58,417 nucleotides of DNA, filler included, from Sphacelaria rigidula (GCA_964200075.2; 10 parts of 10 records of this genome joined end to end with filler, not necessarily neighbours in it); one strand, 5' to 3'. Shown: positions 1-12,248, numbered from the whole stretch's first letter. Made by a program: numbers and translations. Notes: generated from the letters alone by a model not told the origin.

Positions 1-324
1 CTCGGAAAGAGGAAGGAACGGGGCCCCCCCTGAAAAGGGATGCGTGGTCAATGGTCAAAAGGGAAGCAACAAATGAGTCCCCCCCCCCCCCCCCCACGCT
101 CAATCCTCCACTACCAAAGCCTTGGTCGCAACCCGTCAATGGTCGCGTCGGCCGAAAAAGACGACACCCTCTATTTTTGTTTCTTTCTTGGCAACATAGT
201 TGTAAACAGCAGTAGCGGCAGTAGCGGCAGTAGCAGCAGCTGTAGCAGCTGTAGCAGCAGCAGCAGCATGTGTAAAGCGTTCAACCTGACATGTGCGAAC
301 AACACTGAACATTACGCCGACCAG

Positions 325-529
325 GTGGGCCGTCGCAGGCGACGGCATTGACCTCAACGACGACGGGTCCGCCGACCTGATCATGGGGGCGTTTCTCGCC
401 CCAGGGATACTGTACGGTCTTTTCGGAGGAGAGGAAGATGCTGACGGCCTGTCGAGCGCCGTTACCGCAGCGATCGTGACGGGCGTCATCGGGTGCCTCT
501 TCCTCACTGCCTTCGAGGCCAAAGGTTGC
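325..529 (+). CDS. Internal exon of an FG-GAP (integrin-alpha beta-propeller-like) single-pass membrane protein
   Basis: CAG acceptor at 322-324, ACTGAAC branch-like motif at about 303, GTGAGT donor at 530. Encodes WAVAGDGIDLNDDGSADLIMGAF (FG-GAP DxNxDGxxDLxxGA calcium-binding motif), then hydrophobic AVTAAIVTGVIGCLFLTAF. Confidence 0.72.
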
Positions 530-895
530 GTGAGTCAATACGCACAAATGTGCGCGCTTGCGTGCATGAATGCATACATGCGAGTGTGTATATATGTTCA
601 TTTCATGATATTGTGGCGATCTGTAAAAAGAACACGAAGCGCGCGCTGAGTGCATTACTACCACTGCAACCCCCCCCCCCCCTACACACACACACAGGCA
701 CACCTACGCATTTGAGAACAAAACATCGGTTCATACACGGTCGCATTTTGCATTGAAAGCAACACGATTGTACTTTTGTGCGGGAGGAAACACCCACCCG
801 GCCAGTCACTGACGTATATACGAGGTCAGGTGTATGTATCCCCGCCCTCGTATTGCTTTCGTAATGAGAACGTCTCAAATACCGCTAATACCTAG

Positions 896-2430
896 ACGGT
901 GCCGCTGGTAAAGAACCGGGAAGCTAGGGTTGCAGCAGTATGCACAATTGTCGAACACTAGCGGCTTGCGTGAATTACTCAGATGGGCACAAATGTATCT
1001 GGAGGGAAAACTGGCGGGTGCGTACAGGTTTTGTCGCACGGTGTCAGACAAACTTGCAAGTTTTCTCGAATTTTTTCTTTTGCTCTCGTGCAGTTTATTA
1101 TACGGAGTACATCATCCAGGGGGATGACGGGGAAACCCTACCTCATTCTTCTTTTTCACCAACCAGACCCTGTGCCACCATTTACTTTTTTGTTTCAAAA
1201 TATTTATTCATACTCTCAACCTTTCCCCTTTTTTTTGGGATGGGGGTACACAGTCTCAAGGGGTCAACCCGTCCCTCCACCGATGCTGTGCATGCCTGAC
1301 ATTTTGGCATCGCGGATTGGATCATGACCAACATTCCCGCATCGCGTCGAATTTTCGTCATTTGTTTTTTTGCTGCTCACGATGGTGAAAGTCATATTCC
1401 AATATATGCTCTTTAGAGACGTAACGTGTTTCCGTCAGCTGGGACTCGAAACCTCAATTTAGTTTAATATATATGTTGTCTTCCTCTTGTTCAAAAACAT
1501 CCTTCCCCCCCGAAAACAAAAAAAGAACCAAACAATCAAGATTCAAATTTATTATTACGATAATTATATATATAATATTCTACATCCGTTAGACCACAGG
1601 AGTGCGACGGCCGTGAAGTCATGTTTACCAACACACACATATATATCTATCTGTCGGTGAAAGCTTTCGAAATACGTGAACGTTTCGACGTGGCCGCCAC
1701 AGTTTGACGAGAAAGTTTGGCGAGGGCGCTTGTGTCCCCGAGCAACATAGATATTCCGCAGACTGTGACATGCGTAAATGCTCGACGATGTCTTTGAGAA
1801 ACAGTACGCGTTTAGCGTAATAAGAGCACGGGTCGGAGCGAAGAAGACGGAGGAAAATGAGTTGAAGGAGGAAGGCGAGAGGTACCAAGAGAAAGAGATC
1901 TGCACCTGACATTATTACTACTGTAAAAATGCGGTGTACTGTATGGCTTGTGGCGGAGAAGAAACTCACCACGATAAAGCCTCAAGAGAAAACGGAAAAT
2001 CGACGACAAGGGTTTACTTCGCGTTTCTAAAGTACTACTACGTTCATTTGATGTCTGTGAGGTATGGAATTCTCCGGCCAATGATCAATGCGGTGGAAGC
2101 TATGCCCATCTCGAAAGTTGAACTACGCGTATCTCGCAATGTTGAGATGAACTCAAATCCACGAATAATGCTGCATACGCAAATATGAGAGATATATCGC
2201 TTCTGGCAAAATATGTGAGCAGTATTGTCGCAACTATATCTATCGACGAACATGTTTCGTGTGGGCAGTGATTACCGGATACCATGTTCCTCTGAGTCAT
2301 GGTCAGATGTGTGGGCTGATATAGTCATAATCCCACGTTCGTTTTTGACGGATTGCATGTGTTTCCTATTGATGGTGTTCGTAGTGACGGCAGCCAGAAC
2401 CTCGTGCGGGAAAAACAACATGGATGATTG
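896..2430 (+). pseudogene. Decayed MULE/Mutator-like transposase, probably intronic in the FG-GAP gene
   Basis: Reading through stops and frameshifts gives, in MULE order: LRELLRWAQMYLEGKLA^VYYTEYIIQGDD (76-bp GT-AG intron 1018-1093); DHRSATAVKSCLPTHTYISICR*K (resembles second Asp plus C-x-W-H); IFRRL*HA*MLDDVFEKQY; STNNAAYAN at about 2158-2184 (TNNxxE-like); and a possible SWIM-like DCMC...CGK. Interrupted by a SINE at about 1200-1455. Confidence 0.5.
1200..1455 (-). mobile_element. tRNA-derived SINE, family A (diverged copy)
   Basis: Shares GTCTCAAGGG..CAACCC and CATTTTGG..TCGCGGATTGGATCATGACCAA..TCCCGCA.CGCGTC with 47750-48063. B-box-like GGTTTCGAGTCCC on the minus strand at 1441-1453. 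Confidence 0.6.
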
Positions 2431-2437
2431 AATGCAG

Positions 2438-2569
2438 GTGGAAAAGAAACAAAGAAGAGAGGCCGCGAGGTTGGCCAATCTTCCCCCGACGATGCCTCTC
2501 GCGAACCACCGCAAGACGAGCGACGCTGGCAGGCGCCCGTCTCAAGAGGTCATGAGAGACATCAACAAG
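2438..2569 (+). CDS. Candidate exon, possibly the cytoplasmic tail of the FG-GAP membrane protein
   Basis: TGCAG acceptor and AAG/GTATGA donor. 132 bp open in phase 0: VEKKQRREAARLANLPPTMPLANHRKTSDAGRRPSQEVMRDINK. Phase-compatible with exon 325-529, placing a basic KKQRR patch after the TM. Could instead belong to the upstream transposase. Confidence 0.42.
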
Positions 2570-2582
2570 GTATGATTGATTC

Positions 2583-2832
2583 CACGATATAGCCCCCCCC
2601 CCCTTCCGAACCACCCCCAAAACTGTCACGAATAAAATGGTCAAACAGCGCGTGATTGCTGGTTTCAGACCCCATGGAACGAACGCCTCATATGGGCGAT
2701 GTTGGCGAAAACGATCCCAAGCGTGGCAGTTCCCAGCTGCTCGGTGTGCTCGCTTTTTTTTGTCATGATTAAGAGCTACATGTAGGTTTTGCCTCCTCAA
2801 GCTAGCCACTTTTCTGGAGGAGGCTATCGCGA
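2583..2832. mobile_element. MITE with CGATAGCCCCC-type terminal inverted repeats
   Basis: Left ACGATATAGCCCCCC, right GGAGGAGGCTATCGCG. Same terminus as 49040-49295 and 29310-29340. Confidence 0.45.
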
Positions 2833-2839
2833 CAAGAGT

Positions 2840-2843
<4 letters not shown>

Positions 2844-2904
<61 letters not shown>
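2844..2904. repeat. (GT)n microsatellite
   Basis: About 30 perfect TG units. Confidence 0.97.
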
Positions 2905-2907
<3 letters not shown>

Positions 2908-3124
2908 AATCCTAATGGTGGTACCACCATACCCCACTCACACGGTATTTTTTTCCTCGTCTTTTTTCTCCATCATAGTTGCTTACGGCTTCATAGCTAC
3001 TACTGCCGATCTGCCGATCCGGGGTTGCAAAGGCTGGCGATGTGACGTAACGCCTCGGGGACTGCCTTGCATATTTCAAGAGAATGTAAACGATTTCACC
3101 ATTCCATTTCCGTCTGAAATTCAG

Positions 3125-3552
3125 CAATCCTACGATGGGGGAGGGGGGGAGGGGGGCGTACTCATTTGTTGCTTGCCTGAGCCGTTTAATCATTGACTTC
3201 GCATCACTTTCGAGACGATAGGGGGGCGGGGGCGGGGGAAGGTGTTTGATTCCACAAAAAAAGGGCTCATTGGTGAGCCAGATCATGTAACACACTCGAG
3301 GTGCGTTTGTATTTGGGTGAAAACGGTGTCAAGCAGTGCGACTTCGTGTTATTTATCGGTAACAAGCGCGTTCGAACAGCCGTTGCTGCTTTCAACAACG
3401 ATTTAAAGTGGAATTCTTGGAAAAAATGCCCCCCCCCGCCTGGTCCGGCGAAAACCCGGCGTGCTCCGTCCCGGCTTTGTAGGGATGCAAGGTCAATGGT
3501 TATATGACTATGACATGCATGATCATGAGTACACCCCCTCTCGTAGGATGAC
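3125..3552. mobile_element. Composite non-autonomous element with ATCCTACGA(T)GGGGG termini
   Basis: Left ATCCTACGATGGGGG, right CCCCCTCTCGTAGGATGAC. The middle (about 3215-3437) aligns with the MITE at 34329-34576. The arms align with the 170-190 bp repeat at 14600-14792, 15624-15805, 22570-22760 and 38720-38892. Confidence 0.65.
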
Positions 3553-4055
3553 AGGTTTTCAGTAACAAAGTCGCGAGTTAAACCTATGCACGAACCCCCC
3601 CGATGAGGGGTGTCGTTATGTCATGCAGTGCTTGTCTTGATGCACGTGGTATGCTTGTACGTATGGCTGTCCTTCGAGAGGTCGAACGATGGAACCTTGC
3701 GATTCTTAGTTCTTTGGTTGGTGGTATTTGGGGCCTTGAGTCGGACCCTATGTTTATTTCTACTTGGCCTCGCGCGTCGATTCGGAAAGCCGGGTGCCAA
3801 AAGTCCGAATGGCCGCTTGCGGCACCGGATCTTCTGAGATTAGCCATATCTATTCTCTTTCTTCTTTATTATTTATACCTGTTCTGTCTGTATCGTGTTT
3901 TGTGAGTTTTACTCTAGGTCTGCTTTTTTTGTCGGTTTTGTTTGATTCCCTCATACCTTATTATAGGTAGCTAGCCGGTGACGACTTGAGGCGTCCGCAT
4001 TAGATGGCCAGTACGAATGTACCGCGCAGATGTCGGAACGGTTTTTAATGTGAAG

Positions 4056-4067
4056 ACAACCACAACC

Positions 4068-4139
<72 letters not shown>

Positions 4140-4141
4140 CC

Positions 4142-4218
<77 letters not shown>

Positions 4219-4219
4219 C
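4056..4219. repeat. (CAA)n-(CAC)n-(CAA)n compound microsatellite
   Basis: Directly visible trinucleotide runs. Confidence 0.96.
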
Positions 4220-5752
4220 GTTTTTTTTTGTTTATACGCTGACAAGATATAATCGGACACACGACCACGGTGTACGTATCATACCGCTCGGAACAATCCA
4301 TGGAGGTTCCAACACCCTAAAAACTCCCGGCTCGAGGTAGTGCGCTAGCTTGTGCTCGCGAAAAAGCTGCTGAGAGAACGCAAAATGTGTCGGAGGTTAC
4401 GCTCATTTGTAGGGGTTTTCGCAGCGTAGTTTTGCAAAAAAAAAACTGATTTTCAAGTAATCTCTAATTGAACTCAACAGAATATGAGGGAATTTCAAAG
4501 CACCGGCGGAATGTGAACAAGTTATTATTTCTACCTTAGCTACACATTTGAGCGGCCGGGAATCTCGAAAAAAAATGAGTTTACTATGTTGGTACACCTC
4601 ACTTGTGACCTTAACTGGCGACAAAAATCAGGCCGGGAGAGATTCCGTTATAGGTCTTCGCAAGACGTATTTATCAGGTGACTATCATTCAGTATCCTGC
4701 GAGGGTATCTCATGCACGCGTCGTATACTGCAACATCCACAATATTCCGGAACTGGCAAGAGTTTATACAAAGTTTATTAGTTCACATTAACCAGCCCCG
4801 TCACAACAATAACACTCAAAACACGTCAAGATTTGGACGTTTCATACCGTATCCAAAGCCTTCTCGAAGATGCCCTCTGGCATAACCCGCGTGTCTCAGT
4901 CCTTCCAATGTACTCGCACACGGAGAAGACAGGAACACCGCAAGTTGTTCACTATTCGCTGGACATCATGGTGCACAAAATAATTCCAGAACAAATCGAA
5001 GGTCACGAGCGTTTTGCAGATCTCTCATCATTTCCTCTCCACATGGGGGTGCTTCATACTGCAGGAGACTTTCACCTGCTTACAGTATTATCGCTGCCGC
5101 TTGAAAATCCCCGATAAGCTACTGTGTGCATATCGTCTTACGGTCCATTAGCTTGGGGGTAAAAAATAGCTTATCTTAGTTTGCTCAGCAGACGTTTCTT
5201 GTCCGGTTGTACCTGGTGTTGTCCAAAGCTTACTTACACTACTTGCGTACTGCGACGATTGATTGCGATTGACGTATCCACATTGGCACTATCGTATTGC
5301 ATTCTGTCAGGCCTCTGACAACGGCAGGCTCTGAATTGTCTTTTGGGAATTGCATATACGTGGAGTTCCACGAATAACCAGTTGAAAGGAAGCCTAGGAC
5401 TCACGTGGTACACGCAAATACTGAACCTAGTGTGATGCAGCCTCGTTCGGAAAACAATATCCTAGTTATGTCCCTAATGAGCACACATGGTGATGTTGTA
5501 TGTGTAGTCATATACCACGGGAGCGACAGACAAAATCGGCAGATCTGGGGAAGATATTGATATGGACAAGACGATGAAATCCTTCAATGAAAACATTCCA
5601 CACCGACAGCGACGAAATAATTCGACCGCGATCAACGTGATCAATAACAAAGCGATACAGGCAGAAGTACAAAGTGGCACGTACTACTTACTGGTTGGTC
5701 GAAGAACCCCCCGACCCCCCCCCCCCCCCCCCCCCCCCCCCACCTTACCACA

Positions 5753-5852
5753 NNNNNNNNNNNNNNNNNNNNNNNNNNNNNNNNNNNNNNNNNNNNTTAA
5801 TTAATTAANNNNNNNNNNNNNNNNNNNNNNNNNNNNNNNNNNNNNNNNNNNN
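5753..5852. other. Artificial contig-joining spacer (N44-TTAATTAATTAA-N44); first of nine
   Basis: Identical 100-bp spacers with stops in all six frames at 5753-5852, 11605-11704, 17457-17556, 23309-23408, 29161-29260, 35013-35112, 40865-40964, 46716-46815 and 52567-52666. Intervening segments are exactly 5752 or 5751 bp. Confidence 0.98.
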
Positions 5853-5913
5853 AGACAGATATGCCACTTCAGCCCCATATTTTGTATGAACCCCAAAATA
5901 TAAAATCGGCTGT

Positions 5914-6149
5914 TATTTAGAGTTGGACCCTGAAATTTGATATGGACAGTGCATAGGGCATAAGAAGAAAAATCACTGAAGTACCAAAATGTTTTTTGTT
6001 TTCATGACTTAAGGGCATTTTGGTGATACCTGAAAACCGATTATTGCCCTTAACTCATGGAAAAAAAAAGAACTTTTGGTACTTCAGTAATTGTTTTTCT
6101 TATGCCCTATGCACTGTCCATACGAAATTTCAGGGCCCAACTCTAAATA
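5914..6149. mobile_element. Foldback MITE with about 85-100 bp inverted arms
   Basis: TATTTAGAGTTGGACCCTGAAATTTGATATGGACAGTGCATAGGGCATAAGA... pairs with ...TCTTATGCCCTATGCACTGTCCATACGAAATTTCAGGGCCCAACTCTAAATA. A homologous right arm plus GGCCCAGCTCGTAG end occurs at 24630-24739. Confidence 0.8.
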
Positions 6150-6204
6150 TATAAAAGAGCATGGGCCTGCAAACTTCAAATCCGCCTCCAGGCTGGCCCA
6201 GCTC

Positions 6205-6268
<64 letters not shown>

Positions 6269-6523
6269 CTGGTAGTAGCTGGTAGTAGCTGTAGCAGTTG
6301 TAGTAGTTGTAGTAGTGTTAGTAGTAGTAGTGTTAGTAGTAGTAGTAGTGTTAGTAGTAGTGTTAGTAGTGTTAGTAGTGTTAGTAGTAGCAGTAGCAGT
6401 AGCAGTAGCAGTAGCAGTAGCAGTAGCAGTAGCAGTAGTAATAGTTGTAGTTGTAGTAGTAGTAGTAGTAGTAGTAGCAGCAGCAGAAGTAGTAGTAGTA
6501 GTAGTGGTAGTAGTGGTGGTGGT
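6205..6523. repeat. (TAG/CAG/TTG)n compound microsatellite
   Basis: Directly visible; source of the poly-V/T/L/Y ORFs in the track. Confidence 0.95.
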
Positions 6524-6613
6524 ATGCATACCTGATTTTTTCGCACCAAGTTTGTTGCCTCGGTAATAGGGGGCACGCTTGCCCACGCATATGACTGTCT
6601 GTAAGGTGGTTTG

Positions 6614-7104
6614 TGTGATGAGGCTCAGAGACGTTGGAAGATATTCTTAGGTAGGATGTGCGAGTCTGCTCGTAGACCCCGGGTTCCGTGGCGCTTGTAT
6701 AGCGTTTGTCATTGTCGTTATGGCAGGATCATTCGGCGGAGTTAGGCCTAACCCTGCCGTGGCTAGATGCCACCCACACCTTACCACTTGTTGGCTTGCC
6801 TTGTTGGCTTGCCTTGTTGGCTTGCCTTACCTGCTAACTTCTGCTACTCTGGCACCAACGCCACACTCTGCTCCTATGGCTGCGCCACGAATATACTGAG
6901 CTAGAAATAATAATCTCCAACACGTGAGTGTCTCTTCCTCCTAGCAGTTTCATAAGAGCTTGCTGCGTAATTGTATAAGAGAGAAACTAGGTCTGTACAG
7001 TGCGCCCTCGTGGGAGCTTGGTTTAACTGAAACCATGAAATCTTCTGGCATTTTGTACTGAGAGACCCCAGCCAATGCTTTCATTTTACTTCATTTATAT
7101 AACA
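6614..7104 (+). mobile_element. Solo LTR (TG...CA) with 4-bp TSD TTTG
   Basis: Starts TGTGATGAGGCTCAGAG, ends ATAACA; TTTG at 6610-6613 and 7105-7108. Shares GTCTGCTCGTAGACCC, ACACTCTGCTCCTATGGCTGCGCC and TACTGAGAGACCCCAGCCA with 54090-54531 and 43029-43477. Confidence 0.82.
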
Positions 7105-7234
7105 TTTGCTCTCTAATATCACCCGCCATCCACGAGGGACAATTCCAAGGTCGGTTATGTTCTGTATAGTAGCTCTATGGATTGCTCTGCTTTGCATCGC
7201 GCTTCCAATTTTATTTTTTCCTTTTTCTTTGCCA

Positions 7235-7430
7235 GGCTACTTATTTTGTACCGAAAAATATAACTTGTTGGAAAGTGCTTTTATTACCCTCCTCCGTCGT
7301 TTTTGCCCCCAAAAGAGGGCTCAGCGGATGTTCACACCTTGGAATGACTTGCTCTACTCGCTGAGACCGTTGCAGAGCACCTTTGCGTTTTTCGTAGGTC
7401 ACAGTTTCGTTCTTGGCCGAAAATTGGGAT
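7235..7430. repeat. Dispersed repeat (CACCTTGGAATGACTTG.TCTACT family)
   Basis: Aligns with 24166-24300, its inverted partner 24340-24550, and 50830-51010 (reverse). Confidence 0.65.
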
Positions 7431-7434
7431 AGTA

Positions 7435-7568
7435 CAGCCTGTACTCGGACATGCAGTAGTACAAGGTTATAAGTATACCCTGCCCGCTGAGCATGTTCTC
7501 TATGCGTGTAGCTGTGTTCATGTGAACTATGTGCGTGCTGTTCACCTACCCTGTCCGAGTACAGGCTA
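7435..7568. mobile_element. Short Tc1/mariner-type MITE
   Basis: TIR CAGCCTGTACTCGGACA / TGTCCGAGTACAGGCTA, flanked by TA on both sides. Confidence 0.6.
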
Positions 7569-8339
7569 TACTCTGCAACCACAGAGAGTACAGTAGTGAC
7601 GGTGTTTGCGAAGACCAAATTCGGGTCAGGACTTGGATTTAGTAATTCCCCCCGAGTCCAAAGTCAGTCCAAAGTCCGATATCTCCCGATAACACGCACC
7701 ACACCAACCGCCTCGCTGCTCGCGCAAGCACCAGAGCACACGCTCAGAACATGGCGAATCAACGGGTGATGGTGTGGTTGTGGTGTTCTTTTCAGGTCAG
7801 CACAGCAACATATGCACAAAGAAATAATAGTATCTTGAGCACAACTTGACACAGACAGCGATTGACGTGACGTGTATCCAGTTTGCACAGAAGTTGTTGC
7901 AGACCAGGAGAATCATTCTGATCCCAAGTAATGAATCACATGGGCACAAATGACGTACTTTTTACTCGTGGCCTGTCTTTGCCGCCTGCCTGACCCCTCT
8001 TGTGTTGCCAACATAGTTTCACACTGTAGTGTTGCTGTGGAACACTAAGTAGAGACACCAGTAGCGTGCAGTAGACTGTGTTCAGTGGAGAACGATACAC
8101 GCTCACTGTTTCTTGCTGCTGAGTCCAGCGAAGATATACAACTGATACTGACTTTGTCCGCACTTGAGTGCGGGTGGGTGTAAAAGTCGTGAGGGTTTCT
8201 CCTATAATATTTTACCTATATTTGCGGAGCATCCAGGTAAACTCTAGGTAACAGGCAGTAGTAGGTCGTATTGCAAAGTGTATTATCGGTGTTCAGTCCC
8301 AAACCAAGTATCATTCCTCCAAAAGGCGATAAATAATTT

Positions 8340-10050
8340 GCCACCACCCCAACTCTGTGCGTACCGAAACACCGCATGCAGCACTACAACTGTTCAGGCA
8401 CTCTCGAGCGCCCATCGCACCGTGAACGTCGTAGAGTGTTTTGATGCACAACAGCACAGCGACAACTACAGCATATAAATGGTGGGTTGAGAAGCGCCTT
8501 GTTCGTTTGACTCGAGGCGAAATAGCCAACACATCATGAAGGTGTCAACAGGAACAATGAGGGCGCTACGTGTTGACAGCATGAGTTTCGAGGAGAGGAA
8601 CGTCACGACAGTAACGAAGCAACTCACGCAGTCAGTCCCAGCGGAGACCAAACCGTCTTGGAAAAGACCTGGAGACACCACAGCGGAGACAGCCCATGAG
8701 TGTGTTTGTGCTGCAGCACAGTGATATAGGACATGCCCCATGCGATAGTTCTTCCCCTGATTTCGGATGAGGTCGAGTTTGGTCGAATGACGGTTTACCA
8801 TCGATGGGCCATTATTGCGCTTTTCACGCGAAGCGCGATCATGGCCAAGCGTTCAAGACTTGGCACTCTGCAAAAAATGAGGACCCGTCTGAAATGGGGG
8901 GAAGAACTATTACATGGGACATCAAGGCAGACATCTCATGCCATCAATCGCTTGGGATAGAGCAGCTCTGTGCTGGCTCAGTTTGTTCACCCTAACCTGC
9001 ACGCGTCCGCCTTGCTTGTCTTCTCCTATCCCAGCACCCGGGTTTAGCTGAAGTACGGACGGAGGTGCAACAGACAGCTGCACAGTCGTCACGTGATTGT
9101 TTCATCGCTTCACCTTTGTGTACATACAGTAGCTAGTGTACAGCACTTTAATCTCACCCCACTTCTGTGCTTACCGGAACACCGCATGCAGCACTACAAC
9201 TGTTCAGGCACTCTCCAGCGTACATCACACCATGTTCGTCGTAGAGTGTTCAAATGCACAACAGCACAGCGACAACAACAGCATAGAAATGATGGGTGTG
9301 GGAAGCGCCTTGTTCGTTTGACTACATATTATGAAAAAATATTTTGCTGTGTTGTGTTCAGTGTAGTACTCTGTACTTCATATAATGGGGTCACGTTTTG
9401 GGCAGTCTTTCGAAAACTTCGTCTCTACTGTTCATGAGCGCGTATGCAATTCGATTGCCCACCCCAACACGCAGCTCAGTCGGTGGACCCTACCACAAAA
9501 TTAGACGCTCAAGTTTCCGCCAACAAGAAGAAACGCCAAAAGTATGGTGGTGTCGGTTCAGGCACACGTTTCACTGCAGTAAAGTTGATGTGTAGCGGCC
9601 ACGACCGCTGCAGTTCGTGTTCTTGTCTTGTTATATTCGCAATGACGGTAAACGTGGGGTGGCACCTCGAGGGCGTGTGCTTCCGTAGTAGTACAGCAGC
9701 AGCAGCTGGATACTGTCAATTTTGCAACAAGAGAAGTGGCGGCCACGACTGCTGCAGTTCGTGTTCTTTATCTTTTTATTGTTCGCAATGACGGTAGACG
9801 TGCGGTGGCACGTCGAGGGCGTGTGCTTCCGTAATAGTACAGCAGCAGCTGGACACTATTAATTTTGCAACAAGAGAAGCGGATGCATACTGTATACAGT
9901 CCGTGTTCAGGTTCAAAAGCTGATGCATACTAGCTAATGCATACTGCATACAGTCCGTGTTCAGGTTAAAAAAACACTGCAGAACTGTGTTGTGTTCAGT
10001 GTAGTACACTGTACTCCATATAATGGGGTCACGGTTTGGGCAGTTTTTCA
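8340..10050. repeat. Cluster of local direct repeats
   Basis: About 170 bp at 8340-8512 repeated at 9150-9323; about 145-bp tandem pair at 9595-9880; about 65 bp at 9348-9412 repeated at 9985-10050. Confidence 0.8.
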
Positions 10051-10959
10051 AAAAGTTCTGCTCGTTTTTTTAAAGTGTTCTGAAAAAATTGAGACAGGTT
10101 TCTGTCACAGAAGTCCAATGCCGAATCTGGAATAGCCTGAGACAACAACCAATTTGAAAATTGGAATGTTCTAGGTTGGTATACCGAACATTCCGGAATG
10201 TACATCGAACAACCCAGTATGGGATCGGCAAGGAATCAAGCCCTGCTTCGAACACTCCAGGTATGATTCGGAAGGGCGATCACCGAAAAAGTACCACCTT
10301 CATACCTCTCTAGAGATACCCTAACACGAAACTGTGTTTCACGGTCAATAACACCCTCCTGATGAACGGCATATACTCCTATTGCCCAATAACACCAACC
10401 ATCACTCACTTGGGCACTGTGTCTTGAGTGCGATCTGTTTATTGTACCAAACGTTTCGGACGCTAACACGTTTGGGTTCTATCGAAGAGTAGTACGCGAG
10501 AAAAACCCCAGAACAAGCCATGCTAGTTTGAACTAGAGGTACAACATCAGCAGACCCCCCATGAAACTTTCTGTTTGTTCGCGGGCTCCACCTCCTCGAG
10601 GAATCAGCGAATGAATTCGCAATAAAAATGATGATGATGATGTCCGTTTGTTTTCCTTCGCTTTTTTTTTTCCACGGCACTACTGTCGTCTTGGTCATGC
10701 CGTAGTACAACGCGGAAAATCAACTCTCCGACGGGCCTAGTCAGTTTTGGTGAGAGAAGCTCACTTTTCTTTTCCAATCATATCTCATGTCGCCTCCCCT
10801 TCCTTCCCAGGAAGGAGTCCAAAGTCTTTGGACACTAATCCACGTCTTACCTTGGTATCTGCCTCAAACGAAGGGCTGGGGTCACTATAGACTCCTCTGG
10901 GGCACCCCGTGGAGTGTAAGCTGTTACTTTCTTCTTCGACTGAAAGGTAGCGAAATTAT

Positions 10960-11190
10960 CGAGGCTGTGCTCTGTAGGGTACTTTTGTTTGTATGTCCGG
11001 AATATTTACCCGGGTAGTGCCCGTACCCGACAGTTTTGTGAGTTCTGTAATATACAAACTTCTCATACCGGTACCCGATAGTTTTGTAAGATCTGTACGA
11101 AATGTCCACCTCCCACCCGGGGTGCGAGTATATACCGCTGCAGAAATACCCGATCGCAGGTGAGGGTTTCTGTACAACCTCTGTCCACAA
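10960..11190. mobile_element. Partial copy of hAT-type MITE family
   Basis: Begins CGAGGCTGTGCTCTGTAGGGTAC and carries GTACCCGACAGTTTTGTGAGTTCTGTAA sub-repeats, as in 16553-16902. Confidence 0.6.
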
Positions 11191-12183
11191 TTCGGGATAA
11201 ATGCCACATCATGGAAGCAGATGGCCCAAGATGCTCCCAAGGTGGTGCCGAGTCGTGGAATAAGGGGACAAGAAGTGCACGACAGATTTGACCAACGCGC
11301 CCCCCGCAGATGAACGTTTTGCTGTGCTACGCCACCAGAGGTCCTACGTGTGTCGGAGGAAGGTCTCCGATACGTGGCGAGTAGCCACCACGTAGTATGC
11401 TCGCTAATGCGTTCGCCGTGTTCCTGGAATCTTTGCTGCTTCTTCTCTGTGGGTACATTGGGATGTTGTTGCTGTTATGGCTCCCGCTTGGTATCCGATT
11501 TAGTTTCTCACTTTTTTTTTTCTTTCTTTTGCTTGTTGAAACTATCTTGCTTATCACCCCATCGACACAGCAGCGATTATTGGCCTTTCCATGTGTGGAA
11601 AGACNNNNNNNNNNNNNNNNNNNNNNNNNNNNNNNNNNNNNNNNNNNNTTAATTAATTAANNNNNNNNNNNNNNNNNNNNNNNNNNNNNNNNNNNNNNNN
11701 NNNNTATGGTGCAGTCGTCAACAGGGCTGGGGAGGGATGGGGCAGGATGGGCAGGGGGGGAGGGGGGGGGGGGGGGGGGGTACTTTTTTGTTTCTTGCCG
11801 TAGTCATGTGTGTGATCATTGACCACGCAGCCCATTCGACACGGAGCATAAGTCGGGGGGGGGATACACTGTGTAAGCGAAGGTTGTAACGCCGTGTTGC
11901 CTCTTTCATCTACCCTGTGAATTAGTAAGGTCTAAAACTAAGTTTTTTTTCATAAGGACAAAAAAAAGTGCTTCCGAACATGTGTTCATAGTTTTCGCCT
12001 TGATTGAAGTAAACTTCGAAGGATTTGAGAGGGGAGGCAGGAAGTAGAGAGTAGGGGGGGGGGGGGGGGGGGGGGGGGGGACAAACTTTTGGCTGGAGGG
12101 GAAGGGGGGGGTGGGGGGGAGGGGGGTGGATCTCGGGGNNNNNNNNNNTTTTCTTTGTTTTGTTTGTATTGAGTGAAGGTGGA

Positions 12184-12248
<65 letters not shown>

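Noticed and set aside
1751..2056. Apparent pseudogenised exon of the FG-GAP gene with three in-frame stops, or stop-codon recoding
   Set aside because: The same frame extends upstream into MULE-like motifs and is followed by TNNAA, so a decayed transposase explains it better.
4800..5100. Possible gypsy integrase zinc-finger remnant (FWNYFVHHDVQRIVNNLRCSC, minus strand)
   Set aside because: A single loose motif in heavily decayed sequence, with no supporting domains recognised.
3951..6590. Poly-C/T/L/V/Y ORFs
   Set aside because: Translations of (CAA)n and (TAG)n microsatellites.
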